From positions 154,656 to 218,655 of the forward strand of contig JAZUBQ010000023.1 of NCBI GenBank assembly GCA_045638525.1: 64,000 nucleotides of DNA. The letters are read 5' to 3'. A program made the translations under genes and the position numbers. Each line of letters begins with the position of its first letter. Positions within the stretch are counted from its first letter, which is position 1. This stretch comes from Clostridia bacterium. GTDB taxonomy: Bacteria; Bacillota; Clostridia; UMGS1840. Shown piece after piece: positions 47,901 to 57,171 of the stretch. The notes beneath the pieces were generated by a model. It worked only from the letters and a program-made list of their open reading frames with translations, did no database searches and had not been told where the DNA came from.

Positions 47901-48221
47901 TTTCAGGGTCATATAGTATGTTTTGTTCGGTTCCGCACCGGTATAATTGATGTAGGAAATGTCTTTTGAGTTGTTGGTACCATCATAACGAAGCACCTTG
48001 TTGGACGCATCCTTTGAGTCGGTCACGATGGACAAACCACCCTCAGCAGAGGAAGAGAGTGCCCATGTGTCGGCGAGATTGTTATTAAACTCACCGTTAA
48101 CAGCCACATCGGTAAGTCCTGCATCAGTAGCATCAAAAGCATTTACCAAAGTAAATCCTGTGAAAGCACTGATGATGATGCATAAACTTACGATGCATGA
48201 AAGTGTTTTTTTGAATTTCAT
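45000..48221 (-). CDS. Large secreted protein with four CBM4/9-like repeats and no recognisable catalytic domain
   Basis: Signal peptide; four modules starting (N/D)(L/V)(I/A)xNG(D/E).. and ending (YE/FE)(I/L)DD, each followed by a spacer ending Y.F.MP. Repeat period 711-717 nt. Confidence 0.7.
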   Translation of the reverse strand: MKFKKTLSCIVSLCIIISAFTGFTLVNAFDATDAGLTDVAVNGEFNNNLADTWALSSSAEGGLSIVTDSKDASNKVLRYDGTNNSKDISYINYTGAEPNKTYYMTLKVRMADVESNTGDMFIYAASLGKIGKNYYSSTRPQVTKDGWSIISGVVTTSGDTANIGFKATTKATASSGENINYPTAVYEIDDFMLYDMEGYHKVTLPSGVSAASGVSTVNGVIYAKSGDTVTVTCTTTGVKLVSDQATIAKDSASYRFTMPNADMTVEVAGFKTFENLILNGDMEGEGLAWKASSSTEGAVVSLVQDSRDPTNHVLRYDGTNITKGTTSFMSYADVLTTSVDTPYYFSYKIRLVESKTYKGDVYAYNRNHTEKTELDRPKLTTEWTTRSGIISKAKQTTYDFKVTKDIKDSNQNVTDVIYEIDDVVIYSLSDVYELTLPDNVRLTEGAKALEYTKSDLSTTTKYYAEAGETIKIEYKAEKRLSVLDTKVTKVGDIYSFTMPSAATTVTLAKPPFENLILNGDMEGDVNNWKASSSTEGAVVSLVQDSKDPDNHVMRYDGTNVTKASTSFVSYSDVLTKGKSYYYSYKIRLVESKTYDGDVYAYNRNHTGTTELARPKLTTEWSTRSGFISEAKQTTYDFKITKDIKNSNDNVIDVIYEIDDVVIYEVEYMNEIVLPEGAQLIDGGQMLPFTQSDLSTINKCYATQDQEIKIKSNGEQSLSSLDVALAKNGDVYTFVMPDESITITVTEPAFTNLIANGDMEGDVNKWKASSSVTGAVVSLVQDSQNPANQVLRYDGTNISAGKISYVTYSNVLTEGQSYYYSYKIRLVESKTYDGAVYSYNKNHTAHNDVARPELTTEWTTRSGVFTAKDTSYNFKITSSQEDSNANVADVIFELDDVVIYDFAYTYEIFLPAQATISESKNVKVLPSSSTATQVVNKYFAEVGADINFTYSGDMGLKADTEMTVTGDNYAFMMPQFSVTVSEVSAINFGMNAQIPNITVAKPQSFVVLVAKYSESNDMDEIYVADVTSTANNQVISLNEIPEFSTITDWSQMYIYVWNNIIDMFALSDVFVCEF

Positions 48222-48580
48222 AAAAATCCTCCTTATTTATTGTTTTATATAAAAATATTTTTACGCTTAGCATGCCGATATAATGTCTTCGTTTTTAGCA
48301 GATTTTCATACTTATCAACAAAATTATAAGTACACATATGTATAATTTAACATATATATAATAGTTAAGCAAGTTGATTTTTTATAGGCGTTTTGGTGAA
48401 ACCGGCAATCTGTTGTGTGGTGTAACCTGTACTTTTTTGATAAAAGAGAGTTATGGTTTTATGGTGAGAATAAAAAAGAGATAAAGCTTTTTACAGCCTT
48501 ATCTCTTGTTGTACCCTCTCAGGGTTCAAGCCGCCTCTACGGCACTAAAAAAAGCACCTGCTTTCGCAAGTGCTCTTTTC

Positions 48581-48657
48581 TGGCGCGCCTTGAGGGACTC
48601 GAACCCCCGACATTTCGGTTCGTAGCCGAACCCTCTATCCAGCTGAGGTAAAGGCGC
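48581..48657 (-). tRNA. tRNA-Arg(ACG)
   Basis: Reverse complement GCGCCTTTACCTCAGCTGGATAGAGGGTTCGGCTACGAACCG..AAGGCGCGCCA. Confidence 0.94.
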
Positions 48658-48809
48658 ATACAAAACGTAAAGTTTTGCAACATTGGTATTATATCAAAAG
48701 AAAGTTTGTTTGTCAATCTTTTTTTCGATTTCTGTTGAATTTTTTTTTTGAGTGTGGTAAAATAAGCTTATAATACAGTAAAAAAACGTACGTTAATATG
48801 AGGTAACTT

Positions 48810-49292
48810 ATGAGTTTGCAACCTGATTTTTTATTTCCCCAGGTGGAAGATATCACCATAGAATTTTTGAAACAGCATAACATTCGTCTCCTGATTTTAG
48901 ATGCCGATGCCACTTTGATTCAGGCTCATGACGACAAAATCTTACCGCAACGGGTGGAGTGGATCAGTGCCATCGAACAAGCGGGCATTCGTGCGATGGT
49001 GGGCTCCAACGGCAAAACTCACCGCATCACAAAAGCCTTTGGCAGCCATAAAATCGAAGCCTACGGCTATTCCTTAAAACCACTTCCGTTTCGCCTTGCC
49101 CAGCGCATCAAAGGATACCGCAGAAAAGAAGTTCTTTTGGTGGGGGATCAGTTTTTCACGGACATCCTTTGTGCAAAACTTTTGGGAATCCGCTGTGCAA
49201 TGGTAGAGCCTTACGGTATGGATGAAGGATTTTTGATTGGATTCCGACGTGCATTGGAAAAAATCATCGTAAAAAGGAAGGTAACAAAATGA
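48810..49292 (+). CDS. YqeG-family HAD IIIA phosphatase
   Basis: LILDADATL, SNG, KP, VGDQFFTDILCA. Confidence 0.85.
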   Translation: MSLQPDFLFPQVEDITIEFLKQHNIRLLILDADATLIQAHDDKILPQRVEWISAIEQAGIRAMVGSNGKTHRITKAFGSHKIEAYGYSLKPLPFRLAQRIKGYRRKEVLLVGDQFFTDILCAKLLGIRCAMVEPYGMDEGFLIGFRRALEKIIVKRKVTK

Positions 49293-50137
49293 GTATTATT
49301 TTCGGTCCCGGCGGTAACAGCGAACAGTATTATGATGACGGCAACAAATCATCCTTAAACCGTCCGGCATATCTTCATAACATCGGCTTGAACGGATATG
49401 AATACCAATGCAATAAAGGAGTTCACATTTCTATTGACAGCGCCCGGATTTTGGGGGAAGAAGCAAAAAAACACGGGGTGCATCTTTCCATTCACAGTCA
49501 ATATTATGTGAGTCTGTCCTCTGTGGAAGAAGAAAAACGGCAAAAAAGCGTGGAATATTTACTTGCCTGCTTTCGTGTGGCAAAACAGATGGGAGCCGAC
49601 CGTATTGTGGTTCATTCCGGCTCCTGTGCAAAGATGACCCGTGCAAAAGCCTACGAACTTTCGCTGGATACCCTTCACAAAACCCTTGACAGAGCAAAAG
49701 AAGAAGGTCTTGACGACATTTTCCTTTGTCCCGAAGTGATGGGGAAACTCAATCAGTTGGGCGATTTTGACGAAGTTATCAAACTCTGCACCACCCACAA
49801 AATGTTGCTTCCTGCCATTGATTTCGGGCATCTGAATGCCAGAACTTTGGGAGGTCTGAAAACCACCGAAGATTATTTAACCCTTTTCACCAAAATGGAG
49901 AAAAAATTAGGACGTGACAAAGCACAGATTTTCCATTGCCATTTTTCCAAAATAGAATATACCAATCAGGGGGAAAAACGGCATCTCACCTTTGATGATA
50001 CTGTGTTTGGGCCTGACTATGAACCATTTTTGGAGGCAGTGTATCAAAAAAATCTGACTCCGATGATTATTTGTGAATCTGCAGGCACTCAGGATAGAGA
50101 CGCACTGCTTATGAAACAATTTTATCAAACGCTGTAA
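49289..50137 (+). CDS. Endonuclease IV-like TIM-barrel protein
   Basis: FGPGG, LSIHSQYY, VVHSG, PEVMGK, IDFGHLNAR, HCHFSKIEY, EKRH, ICES. Confidence 0.8.
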   Translation: MSIIFGPGGNSEQYYDDGNKSSLNRPAYLHNIGLNGYEYQCNKGVHISIDSARILGEEAKKHGVHLSIHSQYYVSLSSVEEEKRQKSVEYLLACFRVAKQMGADRIVVHSGSCAKMTRAKAYELSLDTLHKTLDRAKEEGLDDIFLCPEVMGKLNQLGDFDEVIKLCTTHKMLLPAIDFGHLNARTLGGLKTTEDYLTLFTKMEKKLGRDKAQIFHCHFSKIEYTNQGEKRHLTFDDTVFGPDYEPFLEAVYQKNLTPMIICESAGTQDRDALLMKQFYQTL

Positions 50138-50257
50138 CTGATGAGATAGCACTCTCCGGGTGCGGTTTGCATATAATAATCCCGAAAGAATTTTAAAAAG
50201 AATTCTAAAAGAATTTTAAAAAATTCTAAAAAATCATACTGGAAAGAAGGAAACATT

Positions 50258-51310
50258 ATGCAAACCGAACGACACTACTTTCCGGGAGGGAACACGCCGG
50301 AGGGGTTTTTCAGTTATTATAATCGGATTTTAAAAGATAACACAGTCGGGAAACTGGCGGTCATCAAAGGCGGACCCGGGTGCGGTAAGTCAACCTTTAT
50401 GAAACATCTGGGAGCAAAACTGCAACAGCAGGGGATGGACGTATCTTATCTGCATTGTTCTTCGGATCCGGATTCTTTCGACGGCGTATATCTGCCCCAA
50501 ACCAATGCCGCAATCATTGATGGGACAGCACCTCACATCGTGGATGCCCGTTATCCCGGTGTTTGTGACAGAGTGCTGAATTTTTGCGATTTTATTGATG
50601 AAAAAGCCATCCAACCTCATCGAGATACCATCATTCAAACCAATCAACAGATTCACACCGCATTTTCGCAAGGGTATTATTACCTGAAAAGTGCTTCGGT
50701 GTTATTGGAACGGATGAACACAAGAAGTCGGGCAGCCTATTCCCGGGAAGAAGGACTCCAATTTTGTCTGGATACCTTAAAACGATTGCCAAAATCCACA
50801 GGGCAGGGGACCGATCGGCGGATGTTTGTGTCGGCTATCACTCCTTATGGATTTAAAAATTACTTACAAGAAACATTGCGTGATTATTTTGTGGTGATGC
50901 TTCGGGCAGAAACGGGAGATGTGGCAGGAGAGCTTCTGGAACAGTTTGCACAGCAGTGTTTGGCACGACGGTTGGACATTGAACGGTTTATGTGTCCCAT
51001 GCAACCAAACCGAACCGAGCATCTCACAATACCGTCGGCAAATTTTGCCATCGTGGTTTCCAATTCCTATCACACTTACGAAAATCCCGATGAGGTAATC
51101 TATTTTTCCGATTTTACACGGACACAATCCCAAAATCCCAAAGATACGCTTCTTTATGATGATTTAATCAAATCCGCAATTTCTCAATTTGCCGTTGCAA
51201 AAAATCTGCACGACCAATTGGAGCAGTGCTACATTCCCTGTGTCAACTTTGACGGCATCGGCAAGCTCACCGAACCCACTTTGGAATTTTTATCTCAGAA
51301 ATTAACATAA
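50258..51310 (+). CDS. PRK06851-like P-loop ATPase of unknown function
   Basis: YFPGGNTPEGF, KGGPGCGKST, HCSSDPDSFDG, DGTAPH. Confidence 0.75.
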   Translation: MQTERHYFPGGNTPEGFFSYYNRILKDNTVGKLAVIKGGPGCGKSTFMKHLGAKLQQQGMDVSYLHCSSDPDSFDGVYLPQTNAAIIDGTAPHIVDARYPGVCDRVLNFCDFIDEKAIQPHRDTIIQTNQQIHTAFSQGYYYLKSASVLLERMNTRSRAAYSREEGLQFCLDTLKRLPKSTGQGTDRRMFVSAITPYGFKNYLQETLRDYFVVMLRAETGDVAGELLEQFAQQCLARRLDIERFMCPMQPNRTEHLTIPSANFAIVVSNSYHTYENPDEVIYFSDFTRTQSQNPKDTLLYDDLIKSAISQFAVAKNLHDQLEQCYIPCVNFDGIGKLTEPTLEFLSQKLT

Positions 51311-51322
51311 AATGGAGATACT

Positions 51323-52210
51323 ATGCTGAAATATTCACAGTTTTTAAAAAACATCTATGGCGAAAAGGTATATAAAATTCCCGTCAATACCGGCGGTACC
51401 TGTCCCAATCGGGACGGTACCAAGGGAGTTGGGGGATGCATTTTCTGTTCCGAAATCGGAGCAGGTTTTGAGCTGTTGCCCGAAACCACCGATTTTTTAA
51501 AACAAATCGAAACCAACATCGCCTACATCCAAAAAAAATATAAAGCCAATCGGTATCTCATATATTTTCAGAATTATACCGGCACCTATCTTCCCATAGA
51601 GCAATTTGATTCTTACCTACAAAAAGTGCGGAAGGTGGACAAGGTGGTTGGCGTTTGTGTTTCCACCCGACCTGATTGCCTTTCGGGCGGACATCTGGAC
51701 TTGTTGGCGCAGTTAAAGCAAGAAGGTTATGATATTTTTATCGAGCTTGGTCTGCAGTCTGCCAATGATGACACATTGAAAAGAATCAATCGGGGGCATA
51801 CGGTTGATGATTATCTTCGGGGAGCCGAACTGGTAAAACAGTACGGTTTTTATCTGGATACCCATTTGATTTTAAATCTTCCGTGGGATTCTGAGGAAGA
51901 TGTGGTAACTGCCGCCCGTCTTATGAATCAGGTGCAAACCGATTCGGTGAAGCTTCATTCGTTGCACATCCCCTATGGAACCAAGCTGTACGAAATGTAT
52001 CAGAATCGGGAATTTGAAATTATTTCCAAAGAAGAATATTTTCACAGATTGTATCTGTTCTTAAAAGAATTAAATCCCGACATTGCGCTCCAACGACTGT
52101 TTTCCCGGGCACCCAAAGAGGACACTGCCTTTTGTAATTGGCAAACCGGCTGGTGGAAATTGGAGGAAGAATTTTATTCCTACCAAGAAAAAATGAACCA
52201 AGAAGGATAA
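51323..52210 (+). CDS. Radical SAM protein (TIGR01212/YtqA-like)
   Basis: TCPNRDG..GGCIFC (Cx11Cx2C), YFQNYT, STRPDC, ELGLQS, INRGH, VKLH. Confidence 0.88.
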   Translation: MLKYSQFLKNIYGEKVYKIPVNTGGTCPNRDGTKGVGGCIFCSEIGAGFELLPETTDFLKQIETNIAYIQKKYKANRYLIYFQNYTGTYLPIEQFDSYLQKVRKVDKVVGVCVSTRPDCLSGGHLDLLAQLKQEGYDIFIELGLQSANDDTLKRINRGHTVDDYLRGAELVKQYGFYLDTHLILNLPWDSEEDVVTAARLMNQVQTDSVKLHSLHIPYGTKLYEMYQNREFEIISKEEYFHRLYLFLKELNPDIALQRLFSRAPKEDTAFCNWQTGWWKLEEEFYSYQEKMNQEG

Positions 52211-52287
52211 AATTCCCTATTACATTTATATATAATATAATGACACCACCGCTGATTGGAAAAATAAAATCTTTTTTCAAAAAAAAC

Positions 52288-52316
52288 TTGACAATTCATA
52301 AAAAAAAGGTTATAAT
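52288..52316 (+). promoter_or_regulatory. Consensus SigA promoter (distal) upstream of the S-layer gene
   Basis: TTGACA-17 nt-TATAAT, perfect consensus. Confidence 0.75.
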
Positions 52317-52488
52317 TAGCAAGTTGCGTTATGTGAATATTTCCCTTACCTTTGAAAAAATCGGAGGATGCGGGAACAAAATTGATGTCATAATCGTCTG
52401 TTATTATGCAAAATGCAGGATGCAAATTCACCGAAAAACAGATGGAATTTGCGGTAATATTACCGAAATATTACCAAGTAACAGGAAG

Positions 52489-52549
52489 TTTACAACTATG
52501 TTACATATATCAGCAATTTATTGACAAACCAAAAATTATCTGTTAGAAT
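52489..52549 (+). promoter_or_regulatory. Proximal S-layer promoter with an upstream WalR-type box
   Basis: TTGACA (52521)-17 nt-TAGAAT with TGn. 52489-52505 reads TGTAAC-N5-TGTAAA on the minus strand. Confidence 0.65.
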
Positions 52550-52666
52550 GACATCGAAGAAAGCCCCTCACCGGGGATATCTCTATCAACATCGCTTCTC
52601 TTTTTGGAAGCGAATCCTTACTTTTGTAAAAAAAAAATATATAAAAATTTTTAGGAGGACATCCAA

Positions 52667-55531
52667 ATGAAACTGTCTAAAGTTTTATCTTTAGTATTAG
52701 CAATCGCAATGCTGTTAAGCGTGCCGACTTTCGCTGCTTTCACCGACGTTGCTGCTAATGCTAACTACGCTGAAGCTGTTACGGTTCTGTCCGCTCTGGA
52801 AATCATCAACGGTTACGGAGACGGTACTTTCAAACCGGAAGGCAAAATCACAAGAGCTGAATACTCTGCAATCATCTGTAGAGCAATCGGCATGGGCGAT
52901 GCTGCTAAAGGAAGCATCACCGATTCTTTCACTGACGTTCCCGCTACTCACTGGGCAAACGGCTACATTGCTACCGCTCAGAACGCTGGAATCATCAACG
53001 GTATGGGCGATGGTACTTTCGCTCCTGAAGCTGAAGTTACCTACGAACAGGCTGTTAAAATGTTAGTTTGTGCATTAGGTTACGAAAAGAAAGCTATCGC
53101 ACTGGGTGGTTACCCCACCGGTTACATGATGGTTGCTATTCAGGAATCCATCACCACCGGTACTAACAACACTCCCGGCGGCGCTGACAGAGCAACTGTT
53201 GCAAGATTAACTTACAACGCTCTGACCGTTCCTATGATGGACCAGACTTCTTGGGGTTCTGACGAAAAATTCGAAGCTATCCCCTACTCTTCTTTACTGT
53301 GGAGCAAATTAGACGCTTTCACTGCTGAAGTGAAAATTGCATCTATCTCTCTGGACAAAGAAGCTACTGACGTTACTTTAGACGTTAGAAAAGTTGACAA
53401 AGTTGCAGCTCACAAAAACAACGGTTTAATCACCGAATCTGCAGCAACTTCTTTCCTGGGCGACCAGAACGTTAAAATCAACGGCGTTGATTTAGCAGGC
53501 TTACAGGGCTTAACCGTTACTGCAGTAATCGACAAATCTGACGATTCTGAAATGAACCTGCTCTGCATCGTTCCCAAATCCGGTAAAAACGCTGAAGTTA
53601 CCATCAATCCTCAGTTATTAGTTAACAGAAGAAATGGTGACTATGTTGAATACTACAAAAACGTTGACGACGACAAAGAAAGCAAACTGAAATTAGATGC
53701 TAACGTTGATGCATACATCAACTTAGTAAAAGCAACAAGCTACGATGGTGTATTTGGTGCTGATGCTGTTAATGCAGAAGCAAATCGTGATGCAGATGAA
53801 AGAAGATCCGACGTTGCTTACAAATATGTAGATACCGATAACAATGGTGCATACGACACTTTATTTGTTACTAACGAAAAAGTATTTGTTGTAGGTGATG
53901 TTAATACTTCCTCCAACAAAATCTTCAGAGCAGATGCAAAAGTTGAACCTTCTTTCACCGCTTCTAACTTACAGTTAGATCCTGAAGACGACAACGTTTC
54001 TTGGACTATGGTTGATGCAGAAGGCAACGCTATCGAATTAGCTGACGTTAAAAAAGGTGACGTTGTTGCAGTTAAAGAATCTTCTGACAACGGTTTCACC
54101 GTATACGAAATCGCTGTTTCCAACACTGTTGTTGAAGGTACTATCACTGAAACCTTTACCGAAACTTCCAGAACTGATGCTACCATCCACAAATTCAAAA
54201 TTGATGATGCTGAATACACCTTATTAGATGGAAGCCAGATGGATCCCGGTGACACTGTTACTGCTAAAGTTTATGGCAACAAAGTTGTTGACTATGCAGT
54301 TGCAAAAGGCGTTCAGAATTACGGTTTAGTTATCGGTAGAAATAATACAACCGAATTCGGTAAAACTATTTACCAGCTTCAGTTATTAAACACTGAAGGC
54401 GAAGTTGTTACTTATGACTTTGCTGAAAGAGATGCTCAAGCTAATTACGATCTGACTACTGATGGTGCTTTAGTTGTTTACGAATTAAACAAGAGCGGTG
54501 AAATCAAATCCATCAATAATTTAGATGATGATGAAGAAATCACTGTTAGAGCTACCGCTCAGTACAAAGCTACTTCAGCTAAATTAGGTTCTAACTTCGT
54601 TACTGAAGATACTATCGTATTCACCACTGATTATGCAAATACCTTCAGCAAAGAAAACGTAGATGTAGCAAATATCGATTGTTTTGCTGAAGACACTGAT
54701 TACGATTATGTAGCAATCAAAAACTCCAACAAAGAAATCCTGGCAGTTGTTCTGTACGCTGCTGCAAATCAGGTTGATATGGATACTTATCCCCTGGTTA
54801 TCACCAAACTTGCTTCTGTAACCGTTGATGGCGAACAGAGAGATAAACTGTTCGGTTATGTAAATGGTGAAAATGCGGAATTCGTTCTGGCTGAAAATGC
54901 AGAAATTACCGTTATAGCAAGCGAAGCAGATGATACTACCGCTCTTGTAAATGTAGGTGATATCGTAATGTTCACCACCAACGCTGCTGGTGAAATGATG
55001 AGAGTAGAACACTTAGTTGACAAAAACGGCTCTAACTTTGTTGTAAAAACTAACAATGCTGATGACGATGAAGATCTGGCAGTTGCAGGTAAACCTGTAA
55101 CCTTAACTACCGCTGGTAATGTAAACGCTACCGGCGAAGACGTAGAAGATTACCTGAAAGGTTTCGGTGTTGCTGGTAGAGCATACAAAGTTCAGAACAA
55201 CTTACTGAGAATCGTTAAAGCTGCTGACATGGCTGACTTAGGTGTATATCCTGAAGAACATGAATTTGAAGGTCAGATCAACTACACTAAAGATGGCAAT
55301 GATGAAGGTTTGATCAGCGATTATTCTGTAAGCACCTCTGCTGTTGCTTATCTGTATGATGTTGAAACTGGTAAATTCAAAGTTGCTTCTCTGTTAGATG
55401 CTGAAACTGATTATAGCACTCGTGACTACAAAGATGCTACTCAGGAAGATAACGATGACTTAGTATACGCTTACAACTTCGATGGCGAAACCAAACTGAT
55501 TCTGATCATCGATACCAATAGCGACAACTAA
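52667..55531 (+). CDS. S-layer protein with N-terminal SLH domains
   Basis: Signal peptide; SLH repeats (INGYGDGTFKPEGKITRAEY; INGMGDGTFAPEAEVTYEQA); acidic beta-rich body; strong high-expression codon bias (GCT, ACT, GTT, AAC, TAC). Confidence 0.88.
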   Translation: MKLSKVLSLVLAIAMLLSVPTFAAFTDVAANANYAEAVTVLSALEIINGYGDGTFKPEGKITRAEYSAIICRAIGMGDAAKGSITDSFTDVPATHWANGYIATAQNAGIINGMGDGTFAPEAEVTYEQAVKMLVCALGYEKKAIALGGYPTGYMMVAIQESITTGTNNTPGGADRATVARLTYNALTVPMMDQTSWGSDEKFEAIPYSSLLWSKLDAFTAEVKIASISLDKEATDVTLDVRKVDKVAAHKNNGLITESAATSFLGDQNVKINGVDLAGLQGLTVTAVIDKSDDSEMNLLCIVPKSGKNAEVTINPQLLVNRRNGDYVEYYKNVDDDKESKLKLDANVDAYINLVKATSYDGVFGADAVNAEANRDADERRSDVAYKYVDTDNNGAYDTLFVTNEKVFVVGDVNTSSNKIFRADAKVEPSFTASNLQLDPEDDNVSWTMVDAEGNAIELADVKKGDVVAVKESSDNGFTVYEIAVSNTVVEGTITETFTETSRTDATIHKFKIDDAEYTLLDGSQMDPGDTVTAKVYGNKVVDYAVAKGVQNYGLVIGRNNTTEFGKTIYQLQLLNTEGEVVTYDFAERDAQANYDLTTDGALVVYELNKSGEIKSINNLDDDEEITVRATAQYKATSAKLGSNFVTEDTIVFTTDYANTFSKENVDVANIDCFAEDTDYDYVAIKNSNKEILAVVLYAAANQVDMDTYPLVITKLASVTVDGEQRDKLFGYVNGENAEFVLAENAEITVIASEADDTTALVNVGDIVMFTTNAAGEMMRVEHLVDKNGSNFVVKTNNADDDEDLAVAGKPVTLTTAGNVNATGEDVEDYLKGFGVAGRAYKVQNNLLRIVKAADMADLGVYPEEHEFEGQINYTKDGNDEGLISDYSVSTSAVAYLYDVETGKFKVASLLDAETDYSTRDYKDATQEDNDDLVYAYNFDGETKLILIIDTNSDN

Positions 55532-55560
55532 TCAAAAACTTAGGTTTTCATAAAATCTTA

Positions 55561-55592
55561 AAAAAGAGCTACCCAATCGGGTAGCTCTTTTT
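55561..55592 (+). terminator. Intrinsic terminator of the S-layer gene
   Basis: AAAAAGAGCTACCC/GGGTAGCTCTTTTT. Confidence 0.85.
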
Positions 55593-55637
55593 GTTATATT
55601 AGGACATCTGCTCAAAAAGCTTTCTCCGCTTCCTTTT

Positions 55638-55720
55638 CGGTGCAGCGTAAACGCTGCACCCAACAATTCCACCCAAAACACTCAATGATATTTGTAGGGG
55701 AGGGGTTCCATCCCCTCCCG
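55638..55720. repeat. Pair of divergent REP-like palindromes
   Basis: GTAGGGGAGGGGTTCCATCCCCTCCCG at 55694-55720 (+) and GTTGGGTGCAGCGTTTACGCTGCACCG at 55638-55664 (-). Confidence 0.65.
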
Positions 55721-55744
55721 TGTTGTATCGATTCCTTGAACAGC

Positions 55745-56560
55745 TTAAAACTGTCGAACGGTTTCTATCACGCAATCTAAAATCACCTTGCAATCCCGAT
55801 ATACCTTTCCGAATAAACTGTGAGGCAAAGGATTTTTGCCAAGGCCTGCTTCAATGGTGAAGGCGGGTTTTTGGTAGGTTTTAATAAACCAGTCTTTCAT
55901 TCCTGCGTGGGAAGCAGTTCCTTCGGGAGAACAAATACGGTAGTGGGATTTCTGCCGAAACGCATCTAAAAATTTTTTTGTTCCGTCGGGAATCAATCCA
56001 TCATATTCATAATAAATTTCTTCCCCTTGAGAGTGGAGTGCAATCGCCACATCAAAGGGGATTTTTTTGCATAAATCCCGAATTGCCTGAGTTTCCGGTT
56101 CTGAAAACGGAGTTTCTCCGCCGTATTTTGTTGAATTTGGTTTGATAATTCCTTCTGCTTCCACCATTTTCTTTGCAAGATAAAAACCTGCATCATAATT
56201 ATGATTTAAGTCAACTCCACGATAATTTGCCTGCCAACAGCTTCGCTCAGCTGAAAATTCGTGGATTCTGCCTGCAACAATATCAGCACCGTCTGGATTC
56301 AAAAGAGGAACACTATACAGGGTAATCCCCCGAAAGTCCTTCATTCGGGAACGAAATAAATACTCCATTACAACCTCCGATAACATCGTTTCCAAGCTGT
56401 GATGTCCTGCAACAATCAGCACATTTTTCGGCCCATTCCCCGATTTTACGCAAAACAGATTCTGTCCAAGATAGGATGTGCCAATCGAGAAAAAGGACAT
56501 CTCCTTTTGAAATACATCCAAGCGAATTAAGTCATAAATCAATTCATGATATGCATACAT
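55745..56560 (-). CDS. M14-family zinc carboxypeptidase (gamma-D-glutamyl-meso-DAP peptidase-like)
   Basis: GHHSLE (HxxE), VPLLNPDG, NYRGVDLNHNY, FSEPET, ALHSQG, TIEAG. Confidence 0.8.
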   Translation of the reverse strand: MYAYHELIYDLIRLDVFQKEMSFFSIGTSYLGQNLFCVKSGNGPKNVLIVAGHHSLETMLSEVVMEYLFRSRMKDFRGITLYSVPLLNPDGADIVAGRIHEFSAERSCWQANYRGVDLNHNYDAGFYLAKKMVEAEGIIKPNSTKYGGETPFSEPETQAIRDLCKKIPFDVAIALHSQGEEIYYEYDGLIPDGTKKFLDAFRQKSHYRICSPEGTASHAGMKDWFIKTYQKPAFTIEAGLGKNPLPHSLFGKVYRDCKVILDCVIETVRQF

Positions 56561-56712
56561 ATGTAATAATCCTCCAATACTTGTAGTAGTGGCAATGTAG
56601 AAATTACCACGATTGTATGAGTATATGGTTTCTCGGTGTAAAAAAATTAATGCTTCTTAGAAAAATATTTTTGTGAAAGGCGGAAGCGTTTGCTTCCGAA
56701 ACAGGTGAGAGT

Positions 56713-57171
56713 ATGAAAGAAACAACAAAGATGACTTGGAAAGTCATTGCCGTTACCGCATTAACTGCGATTTTAGGCGGATTGTTTTCCATGAATTCCA
56801 AAGAGTTTTATCAAACTTTAGTGAAACCGCCTTTGGCACCACCATCCGGTGCGTTTCCCATCGTTTGGGGGATTTTGTACGTATGTATGGCATTGGCAAT
56901 GATTTTGTACTTCCGTAAAAAGCCGGAAGAACCTGTTGTATTCTGGGTTTATGTGATAAATCTTGTGTTGAATGCCTTATGGCCGCTGTTTTTCTTTGCC
57001 TTGGGGAAAATCTGTTTTTCCGTATTCATTCTGTTGGGTATGATTGTCATCAATCTGATTTTGATTGCTGAATTGAAAACATTTAAAACTTCTTTTTATC
57101 TGTATCTTCCATACCTTTTGTGGCAGATTTTCGCATTATATTTAAATCTTGCATTTTGTTTTTTAAATTAA
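56713..57171 (+). CDS. TspO/MBR family tryptophan-rich sensory membrane protein
   Basis: FYQTLVKPPLAPP..FPIVWGILY, LNALWPLFFF, LYLPYLLWQIFALYLN. Confidence 0.88.
   Translation: MKETTKMTWKVIAVTALTAILGGLFSMNSKEFYQTLVKPPLAPPSGAFPIVWGILYVCMALAMILYFRKKPEEPVVFWVYVINLVLNALWPLFFFALGKICFSVFILLGMIVINLILIAELKTFKTSFYLYLPYLLWQIFALYLNLAFCFLN

Noticed and set aside
50186-50235. AT-rich tandem repeat (AAGAATT(T/C)TAAA-like) upstream of the PRK06851-like gene
   Set aside because: Short, low complexity and degenerate; insufficient support for a function.
52138-52524. 128-aa ORF upstream of the S-layer gene
   Set aside because: It overlaps the radical SAM gene end and spans promoter elements; no recognisable motifs.
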